From UHGV virus genome UHGV-0241168: 51,465 nucleotides of DNA; one strand, 5' to 3'. Of the stretch, positions 16,797 through 26,252 are shown in pieces; position 1 is the first letter of the stretch; each line of letters starts with the position of its first letter. Origin of the DNA: a virus. The translations under genes were made by a program, and so were the position numbers. Below the pieces are notes generated by a model. It saw only the letters and a program-made list of their open reading frames with translations, was not told the DNA's origin and did no database searches.

Positions 16797-19133
16797 TCAG
16801 AAGTTTAGAACCGGCTTTCCGGCTTGCTGTGTCATGCGATTGATCTGCGGAACGATGACCTTTGCAAGTGTACGGCCGTCCACCACAAGGTTGATTGTCT
16901 GCGTTCCGCCAGATGTAATTCCAATTTCTCGCATTGCCTGCACCAACGCCTGCTGAATCGTATCAAGCGGCGCTTCAATGTTGGTTCCGCTCCGCTGATC
17001 GCCTAAAACTGCCAGAAATTCGCGATTTGGAGGGATGACGGCACCAGCAGCTAATGCAGGAACTGAACCGCGCGGCAAAGATATATCTCTAGTTGCGGCT
17101 CGGTAATTTACAGAATACTCAGCAGAAGCCTTTTTTTTCGTTCCGCTGAATTGACCTGTAATCCATCCAACTTTTTCTGATACCCAGCTAGAAACACTGG
17201 TCCAAATACTTTTTAAACCATCCAGCAGTCCATTTAAAATGTCTTGTCCAAGCCCTTTCCAAAAATCCAAAGTAAAATACTGAGCAACATTTGTTTTCCA
17301 CCAATTTTTGATATTTGCCAACACTTCTTTGAACTTATCTAAAATGAAGTTCCAGTTTGGTGCAATCTCAGAAAAGGCAACTGCGCCGATTCCAGCAAGC
17401 ATCATACCAATACCAACGCCTTGCATCCCAGGTACAAACATCATAATTACGCCAATTACAAAGAGGAATCGACCTATTTCATGCAAAATATTCGATAATG
17501 CCAAAATAATATCTGTTTTGAAGAGGTCCCAATTAAGTGCAGTTTCGCCTACAGCAAATAAGGAAATTCCGGCAATTAAGAATCCAACGCCAAGTGCAAT
17601 CCTTCCAACGCAAAGAAATACAACACCAATAATTGCAAGCATTTTCCCAACTTCTACTGCAATGTTGCTTAGACCTGTTACAATCTTTTGCTGCAACGTC
17701 ATGCCATTATCATCTTCCACAGAGGCTACTTCAAGCAATGCAATGCCTGCAATTATGAGCGAAACCCCTTGCAATAGTCGTCCCATACAAATTAGAACTA
17801 CTCCCAAAACAGCAATGAGAGGACCTATTACTTTTGCCGCCTCCAGCAATCTTAACTTGATATTTTCCGCAAAGTTCCCCTCATCTCCTGCTGCTGCGCC
17901 CACAGAAAATATAGAAATTCCCGCTAGAATCATGCCAATTCCAACCAAAAAATGGCCTGTAACAACAAGAACTACACCTATAACCGCAAGAAACGCTCCA
18001 ACAATTTCAAGAATTGTATCTAGCCCTCTTTCCACTAAAGCTGCTGCCAATCCTGGATTTGATGTTGCTGCATCCCAGATTGCAAGCGCACCCAGCACCA
18101 TAAGACCAATTCCCAGAAGAACATGTACTCCTGTAAAAGTGAGAATTGCGCCTAGTGCCAAAAGCGCTGCACCCGTAAACAATTCAACAATCCCCAACAA
18201 TTGGTCACTGATCGAACCACGAAAATCAGGTGAAATCGTATCTAAAGAACCAGTCCCCCCACCAGAACCGCTAGAAGAGCTATCAGATAACTGATTGATC
18301 TCGTCAAATCCAGCCAATGATCCAGCAGCTTTTTCCGCCGCAGAACCCACACTCTCTATTGCATTTGCCTCGTTATAAAGGTTTTCTGCTGCTTCCGCAG
18401 ACTGTTCAGCTGTTGTACCAAAAAGAGCAGAAACAACTTTTGCAACCGCAGAAACTATCCTAGATAGCACATTTACAAATGCTGTAAATGCTGGTATAAT
18501 CACGTTTACTAAGGGCTGTACTAATGTAAGGAGGGCTCCCTTTAATCTACCGATGGCCGCAGTCGCTTCATCATTGGTTTTAATGACCTTTCCAAACCAT
18601 TCTCGCAGAGAGGCAAGACCCTGAGAGATCACTGTAAAAATCAACGCGCTTCGTACCACTTCTCGTAGTCTCATGGAAAACTTTCCTGCGTTCTTTTGCA
18701 TCCGCTCCATGGCCTGTGACATTCTTTCTGTGTTTGGTCCAGAAGATGCAAGTTGTTTTTGAATGTCTCCCGCTCTTTCTTTGGTCAGATTAAGGGCAAT
18801 GTTGCTTTTCTCAATAGAAGCATCATAGCTTTCTACCTTTTTCTGCACAGCATCCCATTCTTTTTGGAGCTGCTTTACCTTTTCTGCCTGTTGATTGATA
18901 CTAGAAGATGTGAAAAACTCGCCACCGCTTTTCATGCTTTCTAGTTTTGCTTTTGCAGCATCCAGCTCTGCACCAAGCTGCTTAGATTGTTCAATCAACG
19001 GCATTTGTTGTTGCTGCTTAATATAAATCTGGTCGTTTAAGCTCTCAATTTTTTTGTTTAGTTTGTTCAGTTCTTGTTGCGCCTTTTTATTATCAAGATC
19101 AACATCAATTACGATAGAGCCATCAGAGGCCAT
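16797..19133 (-). CDS. Tape measure protein
   Basis: 778 aa, MASDGSIVID start, coiled coil, LAGFDEINQL motif, many hydrophobic repeats. Confidence 0.9.
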   Translation of the reverse strand: MASDGSIVIDVDLDNKKAQQELNKLNKKIESLNDQIYIKQQQQMPLIEQSKQLGAELDAAKAKLESMKSGGEFFTSSSINQQAEKVKQLQKEWDAVQKKVESYDASIEKSNIALNLTKERAGDIQKQLASSGPNTERMSQAMERMQKNAGKFSMRLREVVRSALIFTVISQGLASLREWFGKVIKTNDEATAAIGRLKGALLTLVQPLVNVIIPAFTAFVNVLSRIVSAVAKVVSALFGTTAEQSAEAAENLYNEANAIESVGSAAEKAAGSLAGFDEINQLSDSSSSGSGGGTGSLDTISPDFRGSISDQLLGIVELFTGAALLALGAILTFTGVHVLLGIGLMVLGALAIWDAATSNPGLAAALVERGLDTILEIVGAFLAVIGVVLVVTGHFLVGIGMILAGISIFSVGAAAGDEGNFAENIKLRLLEAAKVIGPLIAVLGVVLICMGRLLQGVSLIIAGIALLEVASVEDDNGMTLQQKIVTGLSNIAVEVGKMLAIIGVVFLCVGRIALGVGFLIAGISLFAVGETALNWDLFKTDIILALSNILHEIGRFLFVIGVIMMFVPGMQGVGIGMMLAGIGAVAFSEIAPNWNFILDKFKEVLANIKNWWKTNVAQYFTLDFWKGLGQDILNGLLDGLKSIWTSVSSWVSEKVGWITGQFSGTKKKASAEYSVNYRAATRDISLPRGSVPALAAGAVIPPNREFLAVLGDQRSGTNIEAPLDTIQQALVQAMREIGITSGGTQTINLVVDGRTLAKVIVPQINRMTQQAGKPVLNF

Positions 19134-19168
19134 AAGATCACCACCTTAATTTTTTGTGGAGGGGAAAA

Positions 19169-19816
19169 ATGGATGCTATTCTAGGTCTTTTATCAATTCT
19201 TGGTTTTTTTGTTTCGTTTCTCTTGTTTGTAGTTGCTTTTCTAAGAAAGAAAGCGAAAAAGAAATGGGCAATCAATATGGCTGTCTTTTTCGCTGTTTTT
19301 CTCTTTGCTATCTCTTGGCCTTCTGAACAAGCAAATACAGAAAACAATACTTCTAGTCAGCCAGCAGATGATAGTAAGCAGTTGGAAACAACCGAACAAA
19401 GTATTGGGATTGATGGAGTTTTAAAAGGAGACTGTTTTGATATCTCCGTTGTAGATATTAAATGGACTGATGCACTTGAAACATCTCTTGGAACAATAGA
19501 GCCAGACGATGCAAGCAACGGACTTTTGTGTATAATCTTCTCCGCAAAAAACACAATGGACAGCGTTCAAAATGTAGCCAGCATCGGGTTTAATGCTTAC
19601 GCCGATGGAAAGAAAGTAATTCCAAAAGTCGTAGTTGGCAGTATTGATGATGCAGTTGCCTTTGTAGGAGCCGTTTCTCCTGGAATGGAAATCGTTGGTC
19701 ACGTAGTTTGGGAACTACCATCGGATTGGGATGAATTTCAAACATCTTACATAGACGCCGGAACAGCTGTGGAAAGCAAACAGCATTTTGTAATTTGTAA
19801 AGAGGACATAAATTAG
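19169..19816 (+). CDS. Membrane-anchored moron (DUF4352-like extracellular domain), possible superinfection exclusion
   Basis: Two N-terminal TM helices, S/T/N linker, VSPG...G.VVWELP motif; opposite strand within the tail operon. Confidence 0.7.
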   Translation: MDAILGLLSILGFFVSFLLFVVAFLRKKAKKKWAINMAVFFAVFLFAISWPSEQANTENNTSSQPADDSKQLETTEQSIGIDGVLKGDCFDISVVDIKWTDALETSLGTIEPDDASNGLLCIIFSAKNTMDSVQNVASIGFNAYADGKKVIPKVVVGSIDDAVAFVGAVSPGMEIVGHVVWELPSDWDEFQTSYIDAGTAVESKQHFVICKEDIN

Positions 19817-19863
19817 TAAAACCTCCTCCGTTTCAATATGGAGTTGTTAACAAATCAAGTTTC

Positions 19864-19892
19864 TTGACAGCTATCCAGCCAGCCCGTATAAT
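19864..19892 (+). promoter_or_regulatory. Consensus sigmaA promoter
   Basis: TTGACA-17-TATAAT. Confidence 0.85.
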
Positions 19893-19904
19893 AGCAAACA
19901 AGAG

Positions 19905-20183
19905 GTGATCGGGATGTTAGATGAAAAGGACCTGCAAGCGATTCATACAATGATGGAGCAGCAGAAGAAAGAAATCCTCAAAGAGTCTATGGCAAATATG
20001 CAGGTAATCATTGAGAATACATTTGCCCCACAATTCAAATTATTGTTTGAAAAGCTAGATTCGATGGGGTCTAAAATGATCCCGCAAGAAGCTATGGACA
20101 TTGTGGAAGATCGCATGGATGATCTTGAAAAGACGGTGGCTATACATACCCGGCAAATTGAAGAATTGAAAAAAGCTCAGTAA
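19905..20183 (+). CDS. Small coiled-coil moron protein
   Basis: About 90 aa heptad pattern; own promoter and GAGGTG RBS. Confidence 0.8.
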   Translation: MIGMLDEKDLQAIHTMMEQQKKEILKESMANMQVIIENTFAPQFKLLFEKLDSMGSKMIPQEAMDIVEDRMDDLEKTVAIHTRQIEELKKAQ

Positions 20184-20191
20184 TGAATGCC

Positions 20192-20791
20192 TCAGACGGT
20201 GCCTGTTTCGGGTGCCGTCTTACTTTTTGTCCATGCCTTCAAAAGCTCTTGCTCTGTATCGGTGTACTGTGTTTTTAGGTCAATGATATCCCGGTTTTTT
20301 CTATAAAACTCTTTGTCTGCTTTATCCAACGGTTTTCCAAGCGCTCTTTTTTCCCGAATACGAATGATCTGCGCAAATAAGCAGTCCCCAATTTCCATGT
20401 AGGCACCTAGCCAAGTCCACCAATGGACTCCTCCTGTATTGGTCTGCGGATCATATTCTTTTGCCCGCACTTCATATCCAAGGACTCGGTTGATTGGGGC
20501 AACAATCATAGAAAAATCATGTTTCCAGGAAATCAGCTGCGGCTGTTTTTGTTTGGATATTTCTTCTCTTCCACCGTTAATAAAGCGAAAGCACTCCTGA
20601 ATCGCCGCGTCATAATCCGTCAGTTGGTCAAATTCCACATAGAAGATTTGGAGCACGGCAAGAGCTCGTTCTTGATCGTTGAAATCTGGGTTGTTCAGAA
20701 TTTCAAAAATGTCAAGGATGACACGATAGTCATAGCGAATAGCAAACTCTTCTCCGTCTATTTCAACGGTTTTGGGCAGTCCATAACTCAT
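20192..20791 (-). CDS. Gp15-family (A118-like) tail assembly protein
   Basis: LP.TVEIDG...IRYDYR, HWW.W, II.IR motifs; position before tape measure. Confidence 0.8.
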   Translation of the reverse strand: MSYGLPKTVEIDGEEFAIRYDYRVILDIFEILNNPDFNDQERALAVLQIFYVEFDQLTDYDAAIQECFRFINGGREEISKQKQPQLISWKHDFSMIVAPINRVLGYEVRAKEYDPQTNTGGVHWWTWLGAYMEIGDCLFAQIIRIREKRALGKPLDKADKEFYRKNRDIIDLKTQYTDTEQELLKAWTKSKTAPETGTV

Positions 20792-20806
20792 GCCGTGCTC
20801 CTTACT

Positions 20807-21238
20807 TCAGTTTCTTTGATACTTTTGGTACTTATTTAGATACTTTTGGAGCTTGGGATTCGTGGCTTTCTGTTCGCGCGCAAATGAAGAATCAATTTCA
20901 TCCATCACAGCCAGCACGAGATTACACCACACCGGAATCCCGTTTGCCAAAGCATAAACATTCATACCGCCAAACAGCACATCACAAACCGCGTCGCCAA
21001 ACACGCCGTCAATGATGCCGCGCATTTCAGCATCCCGCTCTTTTGCAAAGGCAAAGATTTCCCGCTTGTCTGCAATTTTTTCAATTTGTGCCTTATACCC
21101 TTCCTGCTTTTTATCCAGTTCTTCAAAGGCGGAGTACAGCTTTTCCACAAAGTTGCTGTCAGTCGGGTTAAAAGATACCTCACACTTCCCATTCAGGGAA
21201 TATGTAACAAGTCCGCTGTCAAAGCTCAGTTCTTTCAC
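20807..21238 (-). CDS. Tail assembly chaperone
   Basis: Between tail tube and gp15-like gene; IDGVFG...LFG. Confidence 0.7.
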   Translation of the reverse strand: MKELSFDSGLVTYSLNGKCEVSFNPTDSNFVEKLYSAFEELDKKQEGYKAQIEKIADKREIFAFAKERDAEMRGIIDGVFGDAVCDVLFGGMNVYALANGIPVWCNLVLAVMDEIDSSFAREQKATNPKLQKYLNKYQKYQRN

Positions 21239-21241
21239 GTC

Positions 21242-21769
21242 TTACACCTCGTCTGGAGTAAAAGTCACCTTAGCGCCGGAAACAGACGCCGTTCCGGTGG
21301 TTCTTGTACCACCCAAGGTCACATCATAGGGCATTCCAACAGAGCCGCCGCCCTCCCCGCCCAGGCTGGACGGCTTAACCATACAGGCGGAATAGCGCTC
21401 CGCAAACGCAGCGGTTTGGGCTGTGCCAGCATAAAGGTGTACAATCAACATGTCCTGGTTTGCAAGAGCAGCAGCGTTCTGCTCTCTGACCGCCAAATTC
21501 CAAATCTTTGTGATGGCGGGGTCTCCTGCATCCAACTCACTGGGGTCAAAGCTCTGTGTGATGATCGGCTTTTTCATGCTGGTTCTGGTGGTCCCCAGGA
21601 TATCCTTTGTAGAGTCCTCCTGCCAATCGTATTCCATAGAACTGTCTGTGACACGGGTCCCCAAGGGACTCCAAACAGGTGTAGAACTGTCCCCCGTATT
21701 GAGATACGCCACCAAAAGCTCACGGTCTACCGTTTGACCGGCTGTCGTATTAAATTCCATATCGGGCAT
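21242..21769 (-). CDS. Major tail (tube) protein
   Basis: Size, position, GGEGGG motif; GAAAGGAG RBS. Confidence 0.8.
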   Translation of the reverse strand: MPDMEFNTTAGQTVDRELLVAYLNTGDSSTPVWSPLGTRVTDSSMEYDWQEDSTKDILGTTRTSMKKPIITQSFDPSELDAGDPAITKIWNLAVREQNAAALANQDMLIVHLYAGTAQTAAFAERYSACMVKPSSLGGEGGGSVGMPYDVTLGGTRTTGTASVSGAKVTFTPDEV

Positions 21770-21783
21770 TGGTTTCTCTCCTT

Positions 21784-22260
21784 TCAAACTCCGACTTCAT
21801 AAGTCAGGCGCATTAAAATCTGATAATCTTCATAGCCGTTTTCAAGTGCGGCCAGCTTTGCGGCCTGTGTGGTAGGCTCCACTCTCAGTGCGCGGATTCC
21901 CTCTCCCAGCTCCGGTTTATTCGTTCTGGCCCAGTCTCCGAATCTGTTCAACAGCTCGACAGCTTCTAATCGTGCATCTATGCTGTTTCCCGGTTTGATT
22001 CGATAGAGCATTTCAAACTGATATTCCGCTTGATATCCGCCCAGAATGTATTTGCTTGTAATGTAAGTTCCCGGAATCGTGGAGAGAGTCATTCCTACCT
22101 CAGCGGGCTTTGCCATGTCCACATCTAAAAATTCATAGTTGATGATGGCAACGGGCTTGTCCGGAAAGGTATTTGCCCAAACCAGCATAGAACGGGAAAT
22201 TGTTTGAACCTCTTCCGCCGCAGCCAACACTTTAGGTCCTTCTTTTTTATCAGAGATCAT
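21784..22260 (-). CDS. Tail terminator/completion protein
   Basis: Synteny before tail tube. Confidence 0.6.
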   Translation of the reverse strand: MISDKKEGPKVLAAAEEVQTISRSMLVWANTFPDKPVAIINYEFLDVDMAKPAEVGMTLSTIPGTYITSKYILGGYQAEYQFEMLYRIKPGNSIDARLEAVELLNRFGDWARTNKPELGEGIRALRVEPTTQAAKLAALENGYEDYQILMRLTYEVGV

Positions 22261-22660
22261 TCTTCACCGCCTTGTCTGCTACTCGCACCCACTTCTCAAG
22301 GTTTTCTGACTTGCTAGCCTCGAACCAGTGGGATTGGGCCTGTGCGTGCATCGATTTGTTAAAAACCAGGTCCTTATCTGTGACCACCTTTGTGCCGCCT
22401 TTTGGCGCGTAGCTGCTTCCCGTCTCGGGATCAACCATCAATTTCCCGTAATATAGCATCCTGGATTCTGGCCCTGGATATATAATGCGAGGCCCGTCTA
22501 CTTTTGTTCTCCTATCCAAGTCTCCTGTTAAGGCAGGAACGTAAGGAGACGTGTCCTTACGGATTTGAATAGCAAGAGTGTGTTCAGCTTTTGAAGATGC
22601 TTGCATCAATTTATCCTTGATTTCCTCCAGGCCTTTGGTGTGTACCGTGAGTCTCAGCAT
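22250..22660 (-). CDS. Minor capsid/neck protein (A118 gp10-like)
   Basis: PYVPALTGDL, YYG, HWFE motifs. Confidence 0.72.
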   Translation of the reverse strand: MLRLTVHTKGLEEIKDKLMQASSKAEHTLAIQIRKDTSPYVPALTGDLDRRTKVDGPRIIYPGPESRMLYYGKLMVDPETGSSYAPKGGTKVVTDKDLVFNKSMHAQAQSHWFEASKSENLEKWVRVADKAVKNDL

Positions 22661-22661
22661 T

Positions 22662-23114
22662 TCAAACACCTCCCACTTGAAAGTGCGACATATCTCCGCC
22701 AAAATCCTTGAAGTCCACCTTACTCACATCGTAGACGTTATCATATGCCGCTTTGATGGTCTGCACCGTCCAATCTGGGTGTACGGCCTCCCCTTTGACG
22801 AAAAAGCAGTCGCGGCTTACAGAGAGCGTCCACAGGCCGGTCTTGTCGTCTGCATTCCAAAATTCTCTTGGTCCGACATACCGCTTCTTTCTGCCTGTTA
22901 AGCCATCCACAGCATCAACATTGACCGGGATATACAAGGTAACGGCGTCCGCCCCTTCCAGGCCGCTCTTGTTCACATTAACGCCCTTGGAGGCGTCCAG
23001 GAGTACACCACGCAGAACAGTGATGTGATTGACCAAAGTAGGCTCAAATTTGTTTTCCGGCAGCTCTATACTCTTCGTGTTATAGAGTGTAACAACATGT
23101 GGAAACATGCTCAT
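22662..23114 (-). CDS. Head closure/stopper protein
   Basis: MFPHVVTLYN, LYIP, DFG..MSH.QVGG; synteny. Confidence 0.65.
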   Translation of the reverse strand: MSMFPHVVTLYNTKSIELPENKFEPTLVNHITVLRGVLLDASKGVNVNKSGLEGADAVTLYIPVNVDAVDGLTGRKKRYVGPREFWNADDKTGLWTLSVSRDCFFVKGEAVHPDWTVQTIKAAYDNVYDVSKVDFKDFGGDMSHFQVGGV

Positions 23115-23533
23115 GCGTAGTACCCCTTTGCTTTCAAAAGCCCAGTTCCAGCAAGATACATTTTCGCCGTCTCCATAAGAGCTCCTTGTGCACTTTCTGC
23201 CGCATTCAGCGCGTCTTTGGCGCTTGACCCCCCGGAACGATAGGTTTTGGACCAGCTTCCAACGGTTTGGCTTTGTAGTTCCCCGGAATCGCCGACAGAC
23301 GCAGATAAGCTTTTGCTTGCCGAACTCCTTGCCGCGTCAATCGTTTGATAAGCTTCAGCGATTGCACAACACGCCATCTTTACCGCTTCCAGGTCTGCAT
23401 GTTTGGCGGCTCTTCCAGCCGTACACCAGTCAAGGTAGGAGCTTGCCCGAAGCGCGAGTCTCGGAAAATCAGATGGCTCAATAGATTTCCCGAAGTACAC
23501 ATACGAATAGAACTCGTAACTCGCATAAATCAT
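23111..23533 (-). CDS. Head-tail adaptor protein
   Basis: Y..Y.FY...Y, RAS..LD, VKMACC, SQTVGSWSKTY, YL..TGLL. Confidence 0.78.
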   Translation of the reverse strand: MIYASYEFYSYVYFGKSIEPSDFPRLALRASSYLDWCTAGRAAKHADLEAVKMACCAIAEAYQTIDAARSSASKSLSASVGDSGELQSQTVGSWSKTYRSGGSSAKDALNAAESAQGALMETAKMYLAGTGLLKAKGYYA

Positions 23534-23697
23534 AGCGCCGTCCTCCGGAGTACCGCTAAAATATCGGCCTTTTTCATGGAGCTGTTGACACCCCCCACGC
23601 CGTTCTCCACAGCATAATCAAGCATTTCTGCCCGAGTCATGCTGGAGAAGTCGGGCGTGGAGAGTGAAGCCGCGCTCAACAGCTCATTTAACCCCCC
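23530..23697 (-). CDS. Probable -1 frameshift extension of the major capsid protein (Rho-N/HeH-like helical domain)
   Basis: Open -1 frame from G GGG GGT TAA; DFSSMTRAEMLDYAVENGV..NSSMKKADILAVL; stop overlaps next ATG (ATGA). Confidence 0.62.
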   Translation of the reverse strand, partial: GGLNELLSAASLSTPDFSSMTRAEMLDYAVENGVGGVNSSMKKADILAVLRRTAL

Positions 23698-24731
23698 GAG
23701 GCAGCGTCTGGCTTTACAGAGGCCACAAACAGGCCGTTGGGGTCAGGAAGGACCGGGATAAACAATCCGGTGGCCTTCGTCCACACCGCTACAGGGTCAG
23801 GCGTCGCCCATTGGGTGATGGTGATGTACTGATCGGCGGACTTTTCGTTGTATTGTCCATACTCCGCCTCTTCTGGAGACACGCCCCACAAGCCAACACC
23901 CACCTGCGGAACTGCGGTGAAAGTGATCTTATCCTCCGGATAGAAGCGGTGCGTCGCCTCCGTGCCGTCCGCCTTCTGAGTCTTATATCGCAGATCATAG
24001 GTTGTGATGGTTCCAAATCCGAAGAGCTGCGAAAACAAACCGCGTAGACGCTCGTTGGGAACATAGGTCCCCTGTCCAACAGAACCAAAGATCAGGGTCT
24101 GAATGCCCTTGTTGGTCGCTAACTTACGGACTACCTTGTTAGAGGTAATCGCCTCGTTGATGGTGTACCCCATCTCAGCGGCTTGGTCCACAATGGCTTG
24201 AATCTGACCAATGACATCAGCATCAGCGGACATGTCCAAATCGAAGGCCAGGTTTTCACTGGGAACTTTATAATCAACGGTCATCTTAAGGCGATTCTCA
24301 TTGATGTTCATCTTGCCGGTGGCAAGCACATCCATCTTGGCAACTTCGGTTCGGACCTTGACTGCATCCGCCATCAGACGCATATCATCAAACACATAGC
24401 GCACGATAGCCTCATCGCCATACACGCCGGATTCAGTCAGGAGCCGCACGCGCTCGGTCTGATTGATCTTGCGCTTGATCAGCAGCTTTTCGACCTCCAT
24501 CTTGTCAAAGGTAGGCCGGGAACCGATTTCCGCCTCCGTGTCAAAGGCGTGGACGGTAGCCATCACAGGCAGGGTAGCGCCATTGGCAAGACGCATATAT
24601 TCCGCCTTGAGGTTTTCGGTCTTCTGATCAGGGAAAAGCCGGTCGCCTAGGTATGCAGGGCGGGCAACAGACAGGTTCTGAGAGAAGTCCAGTCTTTCAG
24701 CATCGGAAATCAAAGTTAAAATATCAGCCAT
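23688..24731 (-). CDS. Major capsid protein (lambda E-like family)
   Basis: 347 aa after scaffold and decoration genes; LFP, DP..VW.K....FIPVLP motifs. Confidence 0.85.
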   Translation of the reverse strand: MADILTLISDAERLDFSQNLSVARPAYLGDRLFPDQKTENLKAEYMRLANGATLPVMATVHAFDTEAEIGSRPTFDKMEVEKLLIKRKINQTERVRLLTESGVYGDEAIVRYVFDDMRLMADAVKVRTEVAKMDVLATGKMNINENRLKMTVDYKVPSENLAFDLDMSADADVIGQIQAIVDQAAEMGYTINEAITSNKVVRKLATNKGIQTLIFGSVGQGTYVPNERLRGLFSQLFGFGTITTYDLRYKTQKADGTEATHRFYPEDKITFTAVPQVGVGLWGVSPEEAEYGQYNEKSADQYITITQWATPDPVAVWTKATGLFIPVLPDPNGLFVASVKPDAASGG

Positions 24732-24747
24732 TTGTCAATCCTCCTTG

Positions 24748-25311
24748 TTAGACGCCTGCGGAAGTCCAGACGGGATAGAGTTTTGCATCCTTGGTCATCT
24801 TGACCGATGTAACCGCAGGCCCGCCGCTGGAGAGCGCCCATCCGGTTTGTGTATTGCTCGCTTTAGTCAGCGGATAATCGGTTGATACAGGGGCATAACT
24901 GCCCTCCTGGTATTCATGGGTATCAACCGGAGGCGTGCCTGTACCATCGTCCTTTTCATAGGTCAGGCAATATCCCCTGGTAACTTCGGGCGCATCCACA
25001 AACACAATCCCAGCCGCTTTCAGCGGTGTCTCGGCGGCGCTCTGGATATTCAGGCGTTCTTTCAGAACACGGCCAGCCAGCATGACGCTCCCTTCGTGGT
25101 CGCCGTGGGTGACATCCACATCGTCAAAAACGATACCCGCGGCGCTCCCATCATTGGACGGGAACACAGTTCCGGCGGCAACGATTTTGTTTCCATACTC
25201 ATCCGCCACGCCCATAGAAGCTGGAATCTGATAGGTTTTCAGGACAAGCCCAACCTCGCTTTCCAGGAAGTTCGGCCGAAAAGTGCCATTCACTCTGTAA
25301 AAATGAGACAT
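24748..25311 (-). CDS. Head decoration-like protein with C-terminal InlB B-repeat-like domain
   Basis: KIVAAGTVFPSN...GIVFDDVDVT; C-terminal LTY...GTG.PP...TGW...LYPVW. Confidence 0.68.
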   Translation of the reverse strand: MSHFYRVNGTFRPNFLESEVGLVLKTYQIPASMGVADEYGNKIVAAGTVFPSNDGSAAGIVFDDVDVTHGDHEGSVMLAGRVLKERLNIQSAAETPLKAAGIVFVDAPEVTRGYCLTYEKDDGTGTPPVDTHEYQEGSYAPVSTDYPLTKASNTQTGWALSSGGPAVTSVKMTKDAKLYPVWTSAGV

Positions 25312-25316
25312 TCGTT

Positions 25317-25910
25317 TCACTCCTTCGTAGTATTTTGGGTTGCGTACATTTGATTGAACTGCTTGGCGTACATGGCTCCTTTGCTCTCGTGAGCAGGAGG
25401 CCCGCCAGGGCCAACAGGCTTTGCAAACGACGGGGCAGGCTTGTCCCCCTGGAACGCAGCTGGGTCGCTGTCTTGCTGCGCCTTCAGGTAATCTTCAAAC
25501 CCTTCCAGAGCCCCGTTTTTGAGCGTCAGGCGGTTGGCGGTAAGGTCCGCAACAAACGCCTTTTCCGCGGCTTTAGAGCTGAACTTTACACCCTTGTCGG
25601 CAATCGCATGATTGACAGCATCTGCATAGTCACGATCTGCAATCTGCTTCTGATACTGCTCTGTCTCCGTGGTGTACTTGGCCTGCAGGTCAGCTAACTG
25701 CTGCTTGATGCCATCCACATCACCGGCAGATTTTTTTAACTTCTCAATATCCGCATCTCTCTGTGAAAGTTGTTCCTGAGACGCTTCAAGGTCCGCCTTT
25801 GCTGTATCTGCCGCCTTTTTGTATCGTTCAATGTCTTTCCCGTTGATCGCCAAAACCTTTGTCGCTTGTTCCTCTGTCAGTCCAATTTCAAGCAGTTCTT
25901 CTGTTTTCAT
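25317..25910 (-). CDS. Capsid scaffolding protein (GP20 family)
   Basis: MKTEELLEIGLTEEQ..KVLAINGKDIE N-terminus, coiled coil. Confidence 0.85.
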   Translation of the reverse strand: MKTEELLEIGLTEEQATKVLAINGKDIERYKKAADTAKADLEASQEQLSQRDADIEKLKKSAGDVDGIKQQLADLQAKYTTETEQYQKQIADRDYADAVNHAIADKGVKFSSKAAEKAFVADLTANRLTLKNGALEGFEDYLKAQQDSDPAAFQGDKPAPSFAKPVGPGGPPAHESKGAMYAKQFNQMYATQNTTKE

Positions 25911-25929
25911 GCGTTCTCCTTTGCGGCTA

Positions 25930-26028
25930 GGCTTTTTAGGTCGTTGCCGTGACCAACCGCCCCGCACTTTTAGGCTTGCGGATAGCCAAATTTAATTGAA
26001 TCTCCCGTAGTTTAGCGACTTCGGGTCG
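25930..26028 (-). ncRNA. Three tandem mini-pseudoknots in the scaffold 5' leader (GP20-type cis element)
   Basis: CGAC/GTCG+CCG/CGG, GGCT/AGCC+TCCGCA/TGCGGG, GGTC/GACC+GGC/GCC, each with a TAAA linker. Confidence 0.65.
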
Positions 26029-26032
26029 GTCA

Positions 26033-26077
26033 AAAGAAAAAGGGTCAACCACCGAGAAATCCTCGGTAGTTGACCCC
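26033..26077 (-). terminator. Intrinsic terminator
   Basis: GGGTCAACTACCGAG-GATTT-CTCGGTGGTTGACCC then TTTTTCTTTT. Confidence 0.8.
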
Positions 26078-26096
26078 AACGGTCCTTCCCCGGCCC

Positions 26097-26252
26097 CTAT
26101 CGGTCGGGGGAGCGATATACTGTTTTTTTCTTTTCCTCGATGATGAGAAATCCACTTTCTTTTTTTCGAATAATCGCGTCATTCCCGCGGTCAAGAATGG
26201 CCCCAATTATGGCCCACGCTTTAATAGTTTCTTTGTTTGTTTTTTCATCCAA
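26097..26252 (-). CDS. Small basic protein upstream of the scaffold leader
   Basis: 51 aa, IL.RGNDA.IRKK...IIEEKKK; overlaps the upstream stop. Confidence 0.6.
   Translation of the reverse strand: MDEKTNKETIKAWAIIGAILDRGNDAIIRKKESGFLIIEEKKKTVYRSPDR

Noticed and set aside
17308..18294. 328-aa plus-strand ORF
   Set aside because: Antisense shadow of the hydrophobic tape measure repeats
20780..20830. Tail chaperone G/GT-type frameshift
   Set aside because: No clear slippery heptamer, and the downstream gene has its own AAGGAG RBS and ATG
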